In this document: in pieces, positions 34,074-48,679 of the stretch | Layout of the letters: every line of letters begins with the position of its first letter | Position numbering within the stretch: position 1 is the first letter of the stretch | DNA from: Eimeria praecox | Lineage: Eukaryota | Length of the DNA: 64,000 nt | Direction: 5' to 3' | Assembly: GCA_963920595.1 (NCBI GenBank) | Contig: OY986950.1 | Location: 3,348,001 to 3,412,000 of the forward strand | Translations under genes and position numbers: made by a program | Notes under the pieces: generated by a model | Seen by the model: only the letters and a program-made list of their open reading frames with translations | Told to the model about the DNA's origin: nothing | Database searches by the model: none

Positions 34074-35190
34074 CAGATCAGGTGAGTTGTGGAGTTGGGG
34101 GAATTCCTCGGATTTAAGAGGCCTCTATAGAGACAACGCGTATAAATATTGTATAAAAGATATATGTACGGAAGATATACAACAAAAACTAAATAGTTAT
34201 TGCAGAGCTTCTCTTCGATTGTTATGTCCTACAAATAGCAGCAATTGCCCCGGAGGCCCTGCAGCAAGGAAAGATAAATTAAATATAAATATAAAAGAAG
34301 GAGAAGGAGGAGGAGGAGAAGAAGAAGAAGATATAGATCGATGGTTATGTTATAACCCCACAGTATTATCGTTTAATGAACAGGGTGTATGTACAGCTAA
34401 ATGTAGTAATAAAGAAACAGCGTGTGATGGGAAGCCTACAGTCCCTAAGGAGACAGGTGTCTCCTTAGTATGGGATCTATCCAAATCATTAGATATAATA
34501 ATAGAAAGAGAGAGTAGTAAGATTTTAGGGAATAAGAAAGTAGGTATATTACAAGATATATTAAATAACACATGCAAACAAAAATTAATTAGAGAATGTG
34601 ATCCGAAGAGCTATAGTTGTAAGGGAGGAGCAATAGCTAGAAAAGATATAAGATATCTAACTGATGCTGCAGCTACATGGAACTGTTATGAAAGTAATAC
34701 TATTGATCTGTCTATACACTCCTCTTTATGTTTATCGGAGTGTGGGGAGGAGATACCTTGCGGTAATGGCATTAATATACTAGCAGGAAGAAGTTGGGAT
34801 AAGATATTAGATATAGATACGATAGTAAGAGAAAATATATATAAAACATGTTTAGAAACAGATACATCTTTATATAGCTCTCTACAAACATTATTAGATA
34901 ATTATTGTTTAGATCTATTAAAAGATATATGTGTAGGAGAGTTATGTAAATATGGGGTTGTAGCTAGAAAAGATAGAGGAACAAATAAACAGGCGTCTAG
35001 ACAGTGGAGATGTTATAATGTATTACAATTATCTCCTCAATATAATTCATCTTATTGTGTTAATAATTGTGGGGAAGAAATACTTTGTAAAGAAGGACTG
35101 GCTGATGGTGTCAGTCAAAGACATTGGACCAAACATGAAGAAATAACGGCACTTATTCAAAATAATAAACACAAATTCTGTGATAAATAA
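31878..35190 (+). CDS. Secreted microneme adhesive repeat (MAR) domain protein, MCP/MIC3/MIC1 family, four MAR domains (~669 aa)
   Basis: Exons 31878-31980 (signal-peptide-like [34 protein letters not shown]), 32274-32287 (14 nt), 33298-35190. Four repeats of LQxxLDxxC..C..C..AR(K)..WxC[YF]..CxxxC..C; the last has HWT. Confidence 0.88.
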
Positions 35191-35192
35191 TA

Positions 35193-35302
<110 letters not shown>

Positions 35303-35357
35303 CGATGAGATTACTTCTCTTATTCAAAATAATAGGTATAAATTTTGTAAAACATAC

Positions 35358-35399
<42 letters not shown>

Positions 35400-35639
35400 T
35401 ATATACAAAATTATATATATATATATATATATACATATATATACGTTTATATTTATATTTATATTTATAGTTTTTATATTTTATAGTAAACAAACTAATC
35501 TAATCTTCTTGTCTTGTATATTATATTTTATTTGTTCTACTTTTGCTACTTAGAATTTCTTAGTTTTTGTCTTCTTATAAACATTTTCTTCTTACGATTT
35601 ATATTTATTGTATGAGCCTTCTTATTACATATACACAGG

Positions 35640-35680
<41 letters not shown>

Positions 35681-35779
35681 GTACATTTATATATTGTAAT
35701 TAATAACATATATATATATATATATATACATGCATGCATGCATATATTTATATAGATTATAGTTTTATTATACATGTGT

Positions 35780-35855
<76 letters not shown>

Positions 35856-36319
35856 CAATATGTTCATCTATCTGTATCTATCTGCTGCTGCTGCTGCAGA
35901 GGCAAGCTGCTGCTGCTGCTGTGTTGCTGCACACCATTGTAACCCCACGCGGGTTTGCTGCTGCAGGGTCTACACACCCTGCAGCAGCAGCAGCAACAGC
36001 AGCAGCAGCAACAACAGCAGCAGCAGCAACAGCAGCAGCAAAGTGCTTTTTAAATGGAAGGAGACAGCAGCAAATGCTGCTGTCTCCTCCTTGTCGCCCT
36101 CAACTCTATCTTTCTATCTGTTTATCTATCTTTCTAATCTATCTATCTATCTATCTGTCTCTCTATCTGTCTCTCTGTCTCTTCTGTCTCTCTCTCTTTC
36201 TCTGTCTCCTTTGACTGTCTCCTACTATTAAAAACACAACAAATTATCTATTTTATATTTTCTGTGTCTTCCCAAGACACGAAGGAAACACCATACAGAA
36301 TTTGTCTACGCCGAAGGGA

Positions 36320-36504
36320 GAAGACACCTCAGAGGAGACACCTGAGGAGACACCTCAAAGGAGACACCTGAGGAGACACCCCAAAGGAGACACCTCAGAG
36401 GAGACACCTCAGAGGAGACACCTGAGGAGACACCTCAGAGGAGACACCTCAGAGGAGACACCTGAGGAGACACCCCGAAGGAGACACCTGAGGATACACC
36501 TCAG
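36320..36504 (+). repeat. GAGGAGACACCT(CA) 12/14-bp minisatellite
   Basis: Seen directly, between the convergent MAR and DDB1 genes. Confidence 0.85.
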
Positions 36505-36652
36505 GGCCCTAACAACTTGCATCCGTATTAAGACACAAATTACCTAAATTATAGTTGCAACAAATCTCCTTCGTGCTGCTGCTGCTGCTGCTGCTGTTGA
36601 TTTTCTGCTGCTGCGCCTGGGTTGAAAAGAAGAAGACGTGCTGCTGCAGCTG

Positions 36653-36683
<31 letters not shown>

Positions 36684-36837
36684 GCTTTAGCTTCAGCAGC
36701 AGCAGCCATGCCTTAACAGCAGCAGCTGTGCTGCTGCAGCAGCAGCAGCAGCAACAAGCTTCGTGTGTATTCACTGTCTCTCTCTCTACTGTCTCCTCCT
36801 TTGTCTAACTTCAGGTGTACAGACACCTCACATCCTA

Positions 36838-38346
36838 TTAATGCAGCTGCCGCAGATTCTCTATCTGCAGCAGCAGCTCATCCAACGATGGCAGAGACAG
36901 CCCTACTTCCTCCGCAGTACTGCAGCAGCAACAGCAGCAGCAACAGCAACAGCAGCAGCAACAGCAGCAGCAACAGCAGCAGCAGCAACAACAGCAGCAG
37001 CAGCAACAGCAGCAGCAAATGCGATCAATCCCCCCCGCAGTTCCTCCAACTGTCCCTTAACGATTGTGTGTAAGATGAATAGAGATAAGGAGACAGGAGA
37101 CACACAGTTTATTGAAGAAGAGAGAAGAGACAGACAGAGTATAAGAAACAAAGGAGACACTCTATCATATAAAGAACAGAGAAGAGACAGTCTGTCATAT
37201 AAGAGACAGTTAATAATATATAAAGGAGACAGTTAATAATATATAAAGGAGACAGTTAGTAATATATAAAGGAGACAGATAATAATATATCAAGGAGACA
37301 GTTAATAACATATAGAGGAGACAGTTAATAATATATAAAGGAGACAGATAATAATATATCAAGGAGACAGTTAATAACATATAAAGGAGACAGTTAATAA
37401 TATATAAAGGAGACAGTTAGTAATATGTAAAGGAGACAGTTAATAATATATAAAGGAGACAGTTAGTAATATATAAAGGAGACAGATAATAATATATCAA
37501 GGAGACAGTTAATAACATATAAAGGAGACAGTTAATAATATATAAAGGAGACAGTTAGTAATATGTAAAGGAGACAGTTAATAACATATAGAGGAGACAG
37601 TTAATAATATATAAAGGAGACAGTTAATAATATATAAAGGAGACAGTTAATAATATATAAAGGAGGCAGTTAATAATATATAAAGGAGACAGTTAATACT
37701 ATAAGAAGGAGACAGTTAATAACATATAGAGGAGACAGTTAACAGTATAAGAAGGAGACAGTTAATAATATATAAAGGAGACAGTTAATAATATATAAAG
37801 GAGACAGTTAATACAATAAAAAGGAGACAGTAATCTTACACTCTCGCTAGCTTGTATACTTCCCGCTGCTCCTCTGGTCGCAGCAGCAGCAGCTGCTCGA
37901 GGGTGTCTCCATTAATAAACCCTTTAGAAGATACACGAGAGCCACCTAACCCCATACCATATCCAACACTCCCTAAACGCGCTGAGACAGCAGCAGCAGC
38001 AGCAGCAGCAGCAGCGGCAGCAGCAAGCAGCAGCACAAAGCAGCAGGCGAAGGAGAAGCAGCAGCACAAACAGCAGCAGCAGCAGCAACACATAATGCCG
38101 CATGCATAACATGCTAAATGGAGAGACAGGAAAGCGTATACACCTGTTGCTGCTGCTGCTGCTGCTGCAACAGCAGCAACAGCAGCAGCAACAGCAGCAA
38201 CAGCAGCAGCATATTTTGCTTCATCCTTTCACAAGATAAACATATAAAACTATACACAACAGAAGAAGAAGAGACACCACAAAGACACAGACACACCCCT
38301 CAAAACAATCTAAACACAATAAAACAACAACACCAACACCAACACC

Positions 38347-38380
<34 letters not shown>

Positions 38381-38620
38381 TACATGCATGCATGCATGCA
38401 TGCATGCATGTGTGGGGTGTGGGGTGTGGGGTGTACGTACGTCCAATACACTCTGTCATATCTCTGACAGCATCTTCTAACATCGCCATTTTCACGAATG
38501 TTTCTGCATCATTTATTTTTAAAATAACTCCAATACTTCCTTCTGCTGACACCCAAGTTCTGGTGTATGCTGAGGTGCATAGACTAGACAGACTCTCTGC
38601 CCCCTGTCGCCTCCTCCTGC

Positions 38621-38667
<47 letters not shown>

Positions 38668-38893
38668 GTGGTGGTGGCGGTGGTGGGGTTGCTGCTGCTG
38701 CTGCTGCTGCTGGTAAGGAGAAGACCCCCCTCCCGCACATTCTCAAGGAGGCCCCCGAGTGCTGCTGTCTGAGAGTTTGTTCCTGCTGCTGCTGCTGCTG
38801 TTGCTGCTGCTGTTGCTGCTGCTGCTGTTGCTGGAGTATGAGAGAAAGGAGAAGACAAGGTGTTCCGCTGCTGCTGCTGCTGCTGCTTGCTGC

Positions 38894-38925
<32 letters not shown>

Positions 38926-39063
38926 TCCCCAAGAAGCCCCTCCTCTAGTTGTAAGGATATACTCCCATGAATAAATTTATTTAAAGAGACAGGGCATTTA
39001 AATGTAGCAGAAGCAAATAAACGAAAACGTTGAGTGTCGCTGATGCTGAACCCGCCAGTGGCT

Positions 39064-39104
<41 letters not shown>

Positions 39105-39150
39105 TGCTGCTGTTGCTGTTGCTGTTGTTGCTCCCGCACCCGTTTGTTGC

Positions 39151-39182
<32 letters not shown>

Positions 39183-39408
39183 TTGTTGTCGGGCGCCGCT
39201 GCTGCCAGCAACAGCCCCAGCTCCAGCTCCTCCTCCTCCTCCTCCTGCTGCTGCTGCAGCAGCAGCAGCAGCAGCAGCTCGCTGTCCCTCGCTGCTGCAG
39301 AAGCCTCTCAAAGCACCTTCAGGTAGAGCCCGCTGCAGCACCCACAGATTCTGCTCGCCGTCCGCCATCAAACAGCTATTACCATCCAACACTGAAACAC
39401 CCCTGAAC

Positions 39409-39453
<45 letters not shown>

Positions 39454-39457
39454 CAAC

Positions 39458-39527
<70 letters not shown>

Positions 39528-40012
39528 GAGGGAGAGAGGCGCGATCCAAACACACACTAAAAACAAATACTTATAAGCCATAAACAGCAGCAAGACACTG
39601 CAGCAGCAGCAGCAGCAAGACATTGCAGCAGCAGCAGCAGCAAGACACTGCAGCTATCCGCAGCTATCTCAACACCCGAATCATCATGATCATCATCACC
39701 AGCAGCAGCAACAACCCCACCCGCAGCAACCCCACCCGCAGCAGCAGCACCCGCAGCAGCAGCATCCCCAGCAGCAGCAGCATCCCCAGCAGCAGCAGCA
39801 GCATCCCCAGCAGCAGCAGCATCCCCAGCAGCAGCAGCAGCATCCCCAGCAGCAGCAGCAGCATATTTGGTGTGTTGGTTACAGAGGCCATGCAGCTCTC
39901 ATATCCCTGGCAACTTCTACGAGTGTCTTTTCGTGAGGCCTCCACTCAACCAGACACGCAGACGACATCATGTCTCCTACGCTTATCAGACGATCCTCTC
40001 TACAAACACACA

Positions 40013-40071
<59 letters not shown>

Positions 40072-40116
40072 ATCATGTCTCCTACGCTTATCAGACGATT
40101 CTCTCTACAGATAGAC

Positions 40117-40189
<73 letters not shown>

Positions 40190-40271
40190 GGAGAGAGAGA
40201 GAGAGAGAAAGAGGGAGAGACAGAGAGAGAGAGACAGAGAGAGACAGACTAAAGCTAAACAAAGGAGACAC

Positions 40272-40329
<58 letters not shown>

Positions 40330-40451
40330 GTGTTTGCTGCAGCAAGGAGACAGACAGCAGCAGCCACAGCAGCTGCGGCAGCCCCACAGACGGCCCTGCA
40401 GGTCCCCCTCTCGCATTTCTTCTGCTGCCGCTACAGCTGCTGCTGCTGCTC

Positions 40452-40514
<63 letters not shown>

Positions 40515-40729
40515 TGTACTTACAAGACATCTAGAGAGGAGATAAACGTGCTAGCTGCGAATACAGCAACACAGTGAAGCTGAATCCGTCCTAAGGAGGT
40601 TAGTCTCTTCTCTGCAGCAGCAGCAGCTGCTGCTGCTGCAGCAGCAGCAGCAGCAGGATATTGTGTCTCCTGGCCCTCGCGGCCTGTCTCCTCCCCCGTA
40701 TCCAACACACTCGAACCATCACGTCTCCG

Positions 40730-40771
<42 letters not shown>

Positions 40772-40866
40772 CCTTCGAGGGCCCCGACGATCAGAAGACA
40801 GCGCACGTCCTCCTCTGTCTCCATTCGGTGTCTCCAAGGGAAGGCTAAGCTGGATAAGCCGCAGCT

Positions 40867-40902
<36 letters not shown>

Positions 40903-41108
40903 GCAGCATTAACAACAGAAGCAGTCAAAGCAACAGCATCAGCAACACAAATAGAAACAGCAACAACAGCAGCAGCACCAGCAGCAGCACCAGCAGCAGC
41001 AGCAACAAGGCGTAGCAGCAGCACCAGCCTCAGCAGCAACAACAGCAACAGCAACAACAAAAGCAGCAGCAGCAACAACAGCAGCAACAACAACAGCAAC
41101 AACAACAA

Positions 41109-41156
<48 letters not shown>

Positions 41157-42343
41157 GAGGAGACAGCCCCAAACTACCTGATGGTTGCATGCAGCTAAGA
41201 TCATTCCATCAAACAATCTCAGCTCATGGATGCCAGAGAGGAGCCGCATCCTCTCTGCTGCTTCGGAGACAATTAACATACCCTGTACCTGTAGAGACAC
41301 CCCACACCAGACAAACCTGCTGCTGCTGCTGCTGCTGCTGTTGCTGCTGCTGTTGCTGCTGTTGCTGTTGTTGTTGGTGTTGCTGCTGCTGCAACAGTAG
41401 TAACTGCTGCTGCAGATATTCAAGGAGAAGCAATAATAGAAGAGGAAACAAACAAAAGAGATAAGACACATTTAAGATATACAGCAGAAGCAGCAGCAAA
41501 TATATACGTGCTGCTGCAGCAGATACAGACAGCACACAACAGCAGCAGCAGCAGCAGCAGCAAGAGGAAGAGAGCTGCAGCAGCAAGAGACAGGAAGAGT
41601 AAGAAGGAGACAAATAAAAATAAAAGGAGACGGAGAGAAAACAGAAAGAGACAGACAGAAGACAGAAGGAGACAGACAGAAGACAGAAGGAGACAGAAGA
41701 TAAGAGGAGACAGAAGATAGAAGAAATAGATGAAGGAGACAGAAGATAAGAGCAGACAGAAGATGAGAGGAGACGGAAGATAAGAGGAGACAGAAAACAT
41801 CAGGAGACAGAAGAGAGAAGAGAGAAGGAGACAGAAGAGAGAAGAGAGGAGACAGAACACAGGAGGAGACAGAACACAGGAGGAGACAGAAGACAGAAGG
41901 AGACAGAAGACAGAAGAGAGAAGGAGACAGAAGAGAGAAGGAGACAGAAGACATAAGGAGACAGAAGACAGAAGAGAGAAGGAGACAGAGGAGAGGAGGA
42001 CACAGAAGACAGAAGGAGACAGAGGAGAGGAGGAGACAGAAGAGAGAAGCGAGGAGGAGACAGAAGAGAGAGGAGAGAAGGAGACAGAAGACAGAAGGAG
42101 ACAGAAGAGAGGAGGAGACAGAAGACAGAAGAGAGACAGAAGACAGAAGAGAGACAGAAGACAGAAGGAGACACAAGACAGAAGACAGAAGGAGACAGAA
42201 GACAGAAGAGAGGAGACAGTAGGATATAATGCTTACCCTCGAGACCTTCAAGACATGGAGGCAGCCGTTCTGAGGGACACAGTCATTAAGAACTACTTCT
42301 GCTGTCCCCACACACAGCAGCTCAGTAGCAGCTTCTTCTCTAT

Positions 42344-42374
<31 letters not shown>

Positions 42375-42493
42375 TGCTGCTGCTGCTGCTGCTGCTGATG
42401 CTGCTGGAGTAGTGTGTGTAAGGGCTGTTGTTGTTGCGTCTGCTGCAGCATACGCAGACGAGCAGCTGTTGCTGCTGCTGCTGCTGCTGCTTG

Positions 42494-42541
<48 letters not shown>

Positions 42542-42758
42542 AGAGCTTCGGCCCCACACAAAGTGCAGCAGGAACATGCGACGGATGCGGCAGCACGAAG
42601 CTAGCTTCGATTTTCTTGGTAATTGTATTTACAAATAAAACACAACTGGCTTCCTCACGCCCACCCTACAAAGACAGGAGACAGGGAGACAGGAAGGAGA
42701 CACCTCAACACACCCCCCTGCACCTATCAGACCCCAACAATAACTGATGCCCCTGAAC

Positions 42759-42792
<34 letters not shown>

Positions 42793-43157
42793 GGCAACAG
42801 CAGCAGCAGATATCCCTCCCCCTCAGCAGAGGAGACAGCAGAATCGTGTGTCTCCTCATCTGTGCGCACATCCTTCCTCCACCTCCGCGCATGCAAACAG
42901 CAGCAACAACAACAGCAACAACAACAGCACCAAAACAACAACAACAGCAGCAACAGCAGCAGCAGCAGCAGCAGCTGCAGCAACAGCAGCAACAGCAGGA
43001 GGAGGAGGAGACAGTCCTCACCACAACTTCTGCAGGACAGGCTAAAGCAACAGCAAACAGTGTCTCGAGGGGACAGATGGCGTCGACTGTTCTCCCAACA
43101 GGCAGCAACTCAGAGTGGAGTCGCTGAGCTTCTTCTCGCATACCTACCCGCAGCAAA

Positions 43158-43210
<53 letters not shown>

Positions 43211-43293
43211 CTGATGGTGGTGGGGGTGGGGGGGCTGCTGCTGGTGGTGCCCATTCCTCCCATCGCGCCACCATCCTCCCCCTTCGCCAATGC

Positions 43294-43327
<34 letters not shown>

Positions 43328-43821
43328 GCTGCTGCTACTAGTACTGCTGCTGCTGCTGCTGCTGTCTGCTGCTGCTGCTGCTGCTGCTGGAGGAGCGCCC
43401 TCTATCCAAATGAGGCCTAAGTGGGGGTCTGTTGCGCTGCAGCTGAAGTCTGCTACGTGCTGCAGAGAGACACAGGGAATATGATTGTACGACAAACTCC
43501 CTGAGGAGACAGACAAATAAAATAAAATATAAATAAAATATAAATATAATATAAATAAAATAAAATATAAATAATATATAAATAAACTATAAATAAAATA
43601 TAAATAAAATATAAATAAAATATAAATAAAATATAAATAAAATATAAATAAAATATAAATAAAATAAAATATAAATAAAATATAAATAAAATATAATAAA
43701 GTAAGAGACAAGAAGAGACAAACAGAGAGAGAAGAAAAGATAATAGGAGACACCGAAAGGCAGAAGGAGACACACGGAGACTCCCCACTGTGGCTGCCTG
43801 CTGCTGCTGCTGTTGCTGCTA

Positions 43822-43856
<35 letters not shown>

Positions 43857-44149
43857 TCTGCTGCTGCTGCAGCAGCAACAAACCCAAGATGAAAGAAACA
43901 GCAGCACAGTGCAGGAGACAGCAAGAGACAAAAGGAGAGACATCGCAGCACGCATATACCCCTGCTGCTGCTGTTGCTGCTGCTGCTGCAGCAGCAGCAG
44001 CAGCTGCTGCTGCTGCTGCTGCTGAGTCTCTTACCTGCTGCTGAGACATGTATGATTGTGGGGTTGGAGCAGCAGCAAACAATGCAGGAGACAGCATGTC
44101 GCGTCTCTAACTCTAATTCAAACCTCCGGCGTTGAGAGACAGCGCGTGT

Positions 44150-44190
<41 letters not shown>

Positions 44191-45168
44191 AGTAATACCC
44201 TTTGTTGCTGTGCCTCCTGCTGCTCCTGCTGCTGCTGCTGCTGCTGCTGCGTTTTAAATTAAAATTCGGTAGTAAGGGTAAGCCCACTAATCTAACAGGC
44301 CCCCCCCCCACGGAGACAACACGCCCAGACAGAAGAGACAGCTGCACATACACCTGAGATCCTGAGCCTCGACAGATACCTGTCAAGAGAGGAGTCTCTT
44401 CGCTGCCCCTGTCTGCTGCTGCTGCTGCTGCTGCTGCTCCTGCTGCTGCTGCTGCTGCAGCAGCAGCAGCAGCAGCAACAGCAAACCCAAGGCGGAACAG
44501 CACTACCTTGCCGTTGCTCAGGCCAGCAAGACACAAGGAGACACCATCAAGGAGACACACACAAGTAGACACTATCCATACACCTAACTCCCCTGCAGCA
44601 ATAAACAAACAAACAAACAAACAGCAGCAGCAGCAGCCGCTGCTGCTGCGTGCATATCCATAGCAAAGAATACATGCATGCAGCAGCAGCAGCAGCAGCA
44701 AGCGAGAGACACAAGACAACAGACACCTAACAACAGCGAAGCAAGCAGCAGCCACTGCAGCACTTGCTGCTGCTGCTGCAGCAGCAGCAACAGCAGCAGC
44801 AGCGACAGCAGCAGCAACAGCAGCAGCTTACCCTTGCATGCATCGAGAAGCATGAGGGGCTCTAACGCAGGCAGCGAGAGGAGACGAACTGCCCCCTCAT
44901 CAAACAGCCCCACAGCTGCTAGAGCTACGGAGACAGCAGCAGCAGGAGCAGCAGGAGCAGCAGCAGCAGGAGAAGCAGCAGCAATTGCTTCCTCTCTTGC
45001 TGCAGCAGCAGCAAATGTAATATCAACTAGATCGAGCCTAGCAGCATTTGCTGCAGAAGCCTCATACCCCAAATCTCTAGAGGAGAGACAGGTAAAGCTG
45101 CTGTCTCTCAAGGAGACAGCAGCAGCAACAGAATCAGCTGTCAGCAGCAAAATATCTCCTGCTGCTCC

Positions 45169-45202
<34 letters not shown>

Positions 45203-45281
45203 CCTGCTGCAGGAGACACCTGTCCCTTCGTAACACCCGCGAGAGGCGCCACAGACGCGCAGCTAATACAGGGTTCTGCTG

Positions 45282-45327
<46 letters not shown>

Positions 45328-45505
45328 CAAGCTGCTTGTTGAACAGGGCTGCAAATAAAGTGCTGCAGAACCAGAAGCAGCAATCCTCAGGTGTACAGAC
45401 ACCGCAGCTCTTAGAGACAGAGAAGCCTCGCGAGCCTCTAAAGCCACTAAACCATGCTGCAGCACCTGAGCAGCAGAGACACCCCAACACAACATATATA
45501 TATAT

Positions 45506-45595
<90 letters not shown>

Positions 45596-45966
45596 CTCCT
45601 GCAGCAGCAGAAAGGGCATACGACTTCACTGCAGCAGTAGCAGCAGCAGCAGCAACGGGAGAAGGAGCAAAAACAGCTGAAGAAGAGCAGCAGCAGCAGC
45701 AGCAGCAGCAGGATGAGCAGCAGCAGCAGCAGCACGAGAGGAAGACCAGCAGCAGCACCCGGGAAAGCAGCAGCAGCAGCAGACAGCAGCAACAGCAGCA
45801 TCAGTAACAGGAGAGTCAGCAGCAGCAGGAAGAGCAGCAGCAGCAGCAGGAGAGTCAGCAACAGCAGGAAGAGCAGCAGCAGCAGCAACAGGAGAATCAG
45901 CAGCAGCAGGAAGAGCAGCAGCAGCAGCAGCAGGAGGAGGAGGATCAGCAGCAGCAGGAGAGTCAG

Positions 45967-46004
<38 letters not shown>

Positions 46005-46259
46005 ACAGCAGCAGCAGCAACAGCAGCATGTGTACCTGAAGGACGACCAAGGATTTGTCTGTTTCATCTGCAGCAACGTTGCTGGTGTCTCCTCGTGTCT
46101 GCTGCTGCATCTCCTCTTCTACTCCACTGTCTCCTGTCTTGAAGAGACAGCAAAGAAGAGAAGGAGCAGCAGCAACAAAGCCCCCTGCTGCTGCAACACC
46201 CCGCAGCTCTCCTGCATTCTCAGCCTCCCCCCAATCGCGAGACGATACAATGCCTCCTG

Positions 46260-46294
<35 letters not shown>

Positions 46295-46511
46295 ACAGCA
46301 GCAGCAGAAGATGCAGGTGCGGAGAGGAGACAGCAGCAAACACACAAACAGCAGAATGATAAACACAAACAAACAAAAAGAGAGACAGAAACAGCAGCAG
46401 AGACACAGACAGCAGCAGCAGCAGAGACGCAGACAGCAGCAGCAGCAGAGACGCAGACAGCAGCAGCAGCAGAGACAGGAGGAGACACCAAGACAGAGAC
46501 ACAGATCAAAT

Positions 46512-46545
<34 letters not shown>

Positions 46546-47221
46546 GACAATGCAGCAGAGACAGAAGGAGACAGAGACAGAGAGGCAGGGAGGCAGAGAC
46601 AGAAGAATGAAGCTAATTGTAAGCAGACAAAGAAGCAGCAGCAGCAGCAGAGAAGGCAGCGGCAGCAGCAGAGAAGGCAGCAGCAGCAGCAGAGAAGGCA
46701 GCAGCAGCAGCAACGCGGAAGCCAGCAGCACAAGAGAGAGACACAGCAGCAGGAGAGGCAGAAGCAGCAGCAGCAGGAAAGGCAGCAGCAGGAGAGACAG
46801 AGACAGCAGAAAGCAGCAGAGACAGCAACAGCAGCAGCATCAGGAGCAGCAGAGACAGCAGCACGACCAGCAGCAGCAGCAGCAGCAGCAGTCGGTCCTG
46901 ACTTGCTGCTGGATCGGTTGCAGCAGATCCCTCCCACTGCAGCAGCAGCGTTTGCTGCGCTAAGGAGACAGCAGCAAGCAGCAGCAGCTCTCCCTTCTTC
47001 ATTAGACGCAGACACCACAACCCCTCAACTGGCTGCTGCAGTGCTGCTGCTGCTGCTGCATGCAAGAAGAGACCGTCACGAACAAACCGCACAGCCCCGC
47101 TAGGCCCGCTGCCGCAGCAAACTGCGAGCTGCAGCAGCAACAGCAGCAACAGCAGCAACAGCAGCAACAGCAATAGCAGCACCGTCAAGAAACAAAAAAC
47201 AAATATACAGAAACAGCAGCA

Positions 47222-47259
<38 letters not shown>

Positions 47260-47300
47260 CAGCAGTTCAAAGACACTCACACCGAAAAAAAGCACACAAC

Positions 47301-47332
<32 letters not shown>

Positions 47333-47619
47333 ACAGCAGCAGCAGCAACAGCAGCAACAGCAGCAGCAGCAGCACCTGCTTCTGTCCCTTCCCCTCAAAA
47401 TCTGCGATGCAGCAGTCAACGATTGGCCCGAAATTACTAAGAGAGTCTAACACCCGCAAATGCCCTCGCTGCTGCTCTGCTGCATGCAGCAGCGGCTGCT
47501 GCTGCTGCTGCTGCTGCAGCAATAGCAGCTGCTGCTGCTGCAGCTGCGGAGCAGCAACACCAGTTTCTGCTTCATCGGAGAGGCGTCTACACTTCAAACC
47601 GCTGCCGCTGCTGCTGCTG

Positions 47620-47663
<44 letters not shown>

Positions 47664-47837
47664 GCTGCTGCTGCTGAACAGGCTGCGAGAGTAGGGTTCT
47701 ATCACTTCAAGGACGAGGCTATCGCTGCATGCAGCAGCAGCAAAGAATGCCCTCTCCCCTAAAGGAGAGAGTTGTGTTGCTTCGCACGTCTGCCCCAAGT
47801 AGCAGACACACAGAGACACCTCACTACAGGTACCATA

Positions 47838-47879
<42 letters not shown>

Positions 47880-48103
47880 TGTGTCGACCCGCAGCACGCC
47901 CTGTAGCACGTGGCCCCTGGCATCGATTGCTACAAAGACACAAGTATGCTCCTGCTGCTGCTCTGCTGCTGCTGCTGCTGCTGTTGCTGCTGTAGGAGGA
48001 GGAGACAGAAGAGCAGCAGAGACAATATCATCACAGCCAGGGAAGGTAGTCTGAGTGCAAACAACTCGTAGTCCCCGTGCTGCAGCAGCAGCAGCTGGAC
48101 GCC

Positions 48104-48137
<34 letters not shown>

Positions 48138-48633
48138 TGTGTATGGGGCGCTGTTCGTTGGTGCTGCTGCTGCTGCTGCTGCAGCAGCAGCAGCAGGTGT
48201 ACTTTTGACTGTGAGACTGTCTCTGTGGGGTGTATGTACAGCTACCCAGGAGACAGAGTCTGGTGCGAGTACAACAACCCCACCAAAGGAGACAGGCAGC
48301 TGCAGCAGCTTTGAAGCACCTGCTGCTAGCTGCAGCGGCGGAGGCAGCACACAGCAGCAGCAAGGGACAGGGTCTGTGTTAATAAATGTATTTACTGTAG
48401 GAGACAAATGCAGAAGCCGCAGGAAGCTGCTTGGAGACACAAGAGGAGACGAGGGCCCTAAGCTGCTGACAGCAGTGCAGGTGTACAGACACACGAGCTG
48501 CTGGCATCTACAGTTGCTGCTGCTGCAGCTGCTGCTGCAGCTGCTGCTGCTGCTGCTGTTACCCCACAGATCCTCATCCTCTACTGATACGCCTCCTGTA
48601 ATATCAACCCCTCCACACCCAAACAGCGAATCC

Positions 48634-48679
<46 letters not shown>

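Noticed and set aside
36763..37236. Plus-strand ORFs near 36.8-37.2 kb
   Set aside because: Antisense to the DDB1 terminal exon (..IENLRQLH*) and its intron.
37198..37833. Regularly spaced repeats superficially like a CRISPR array
   Set aside because: The units are contiguous with no unique spacers; eukaryotic intron; no cas genes.
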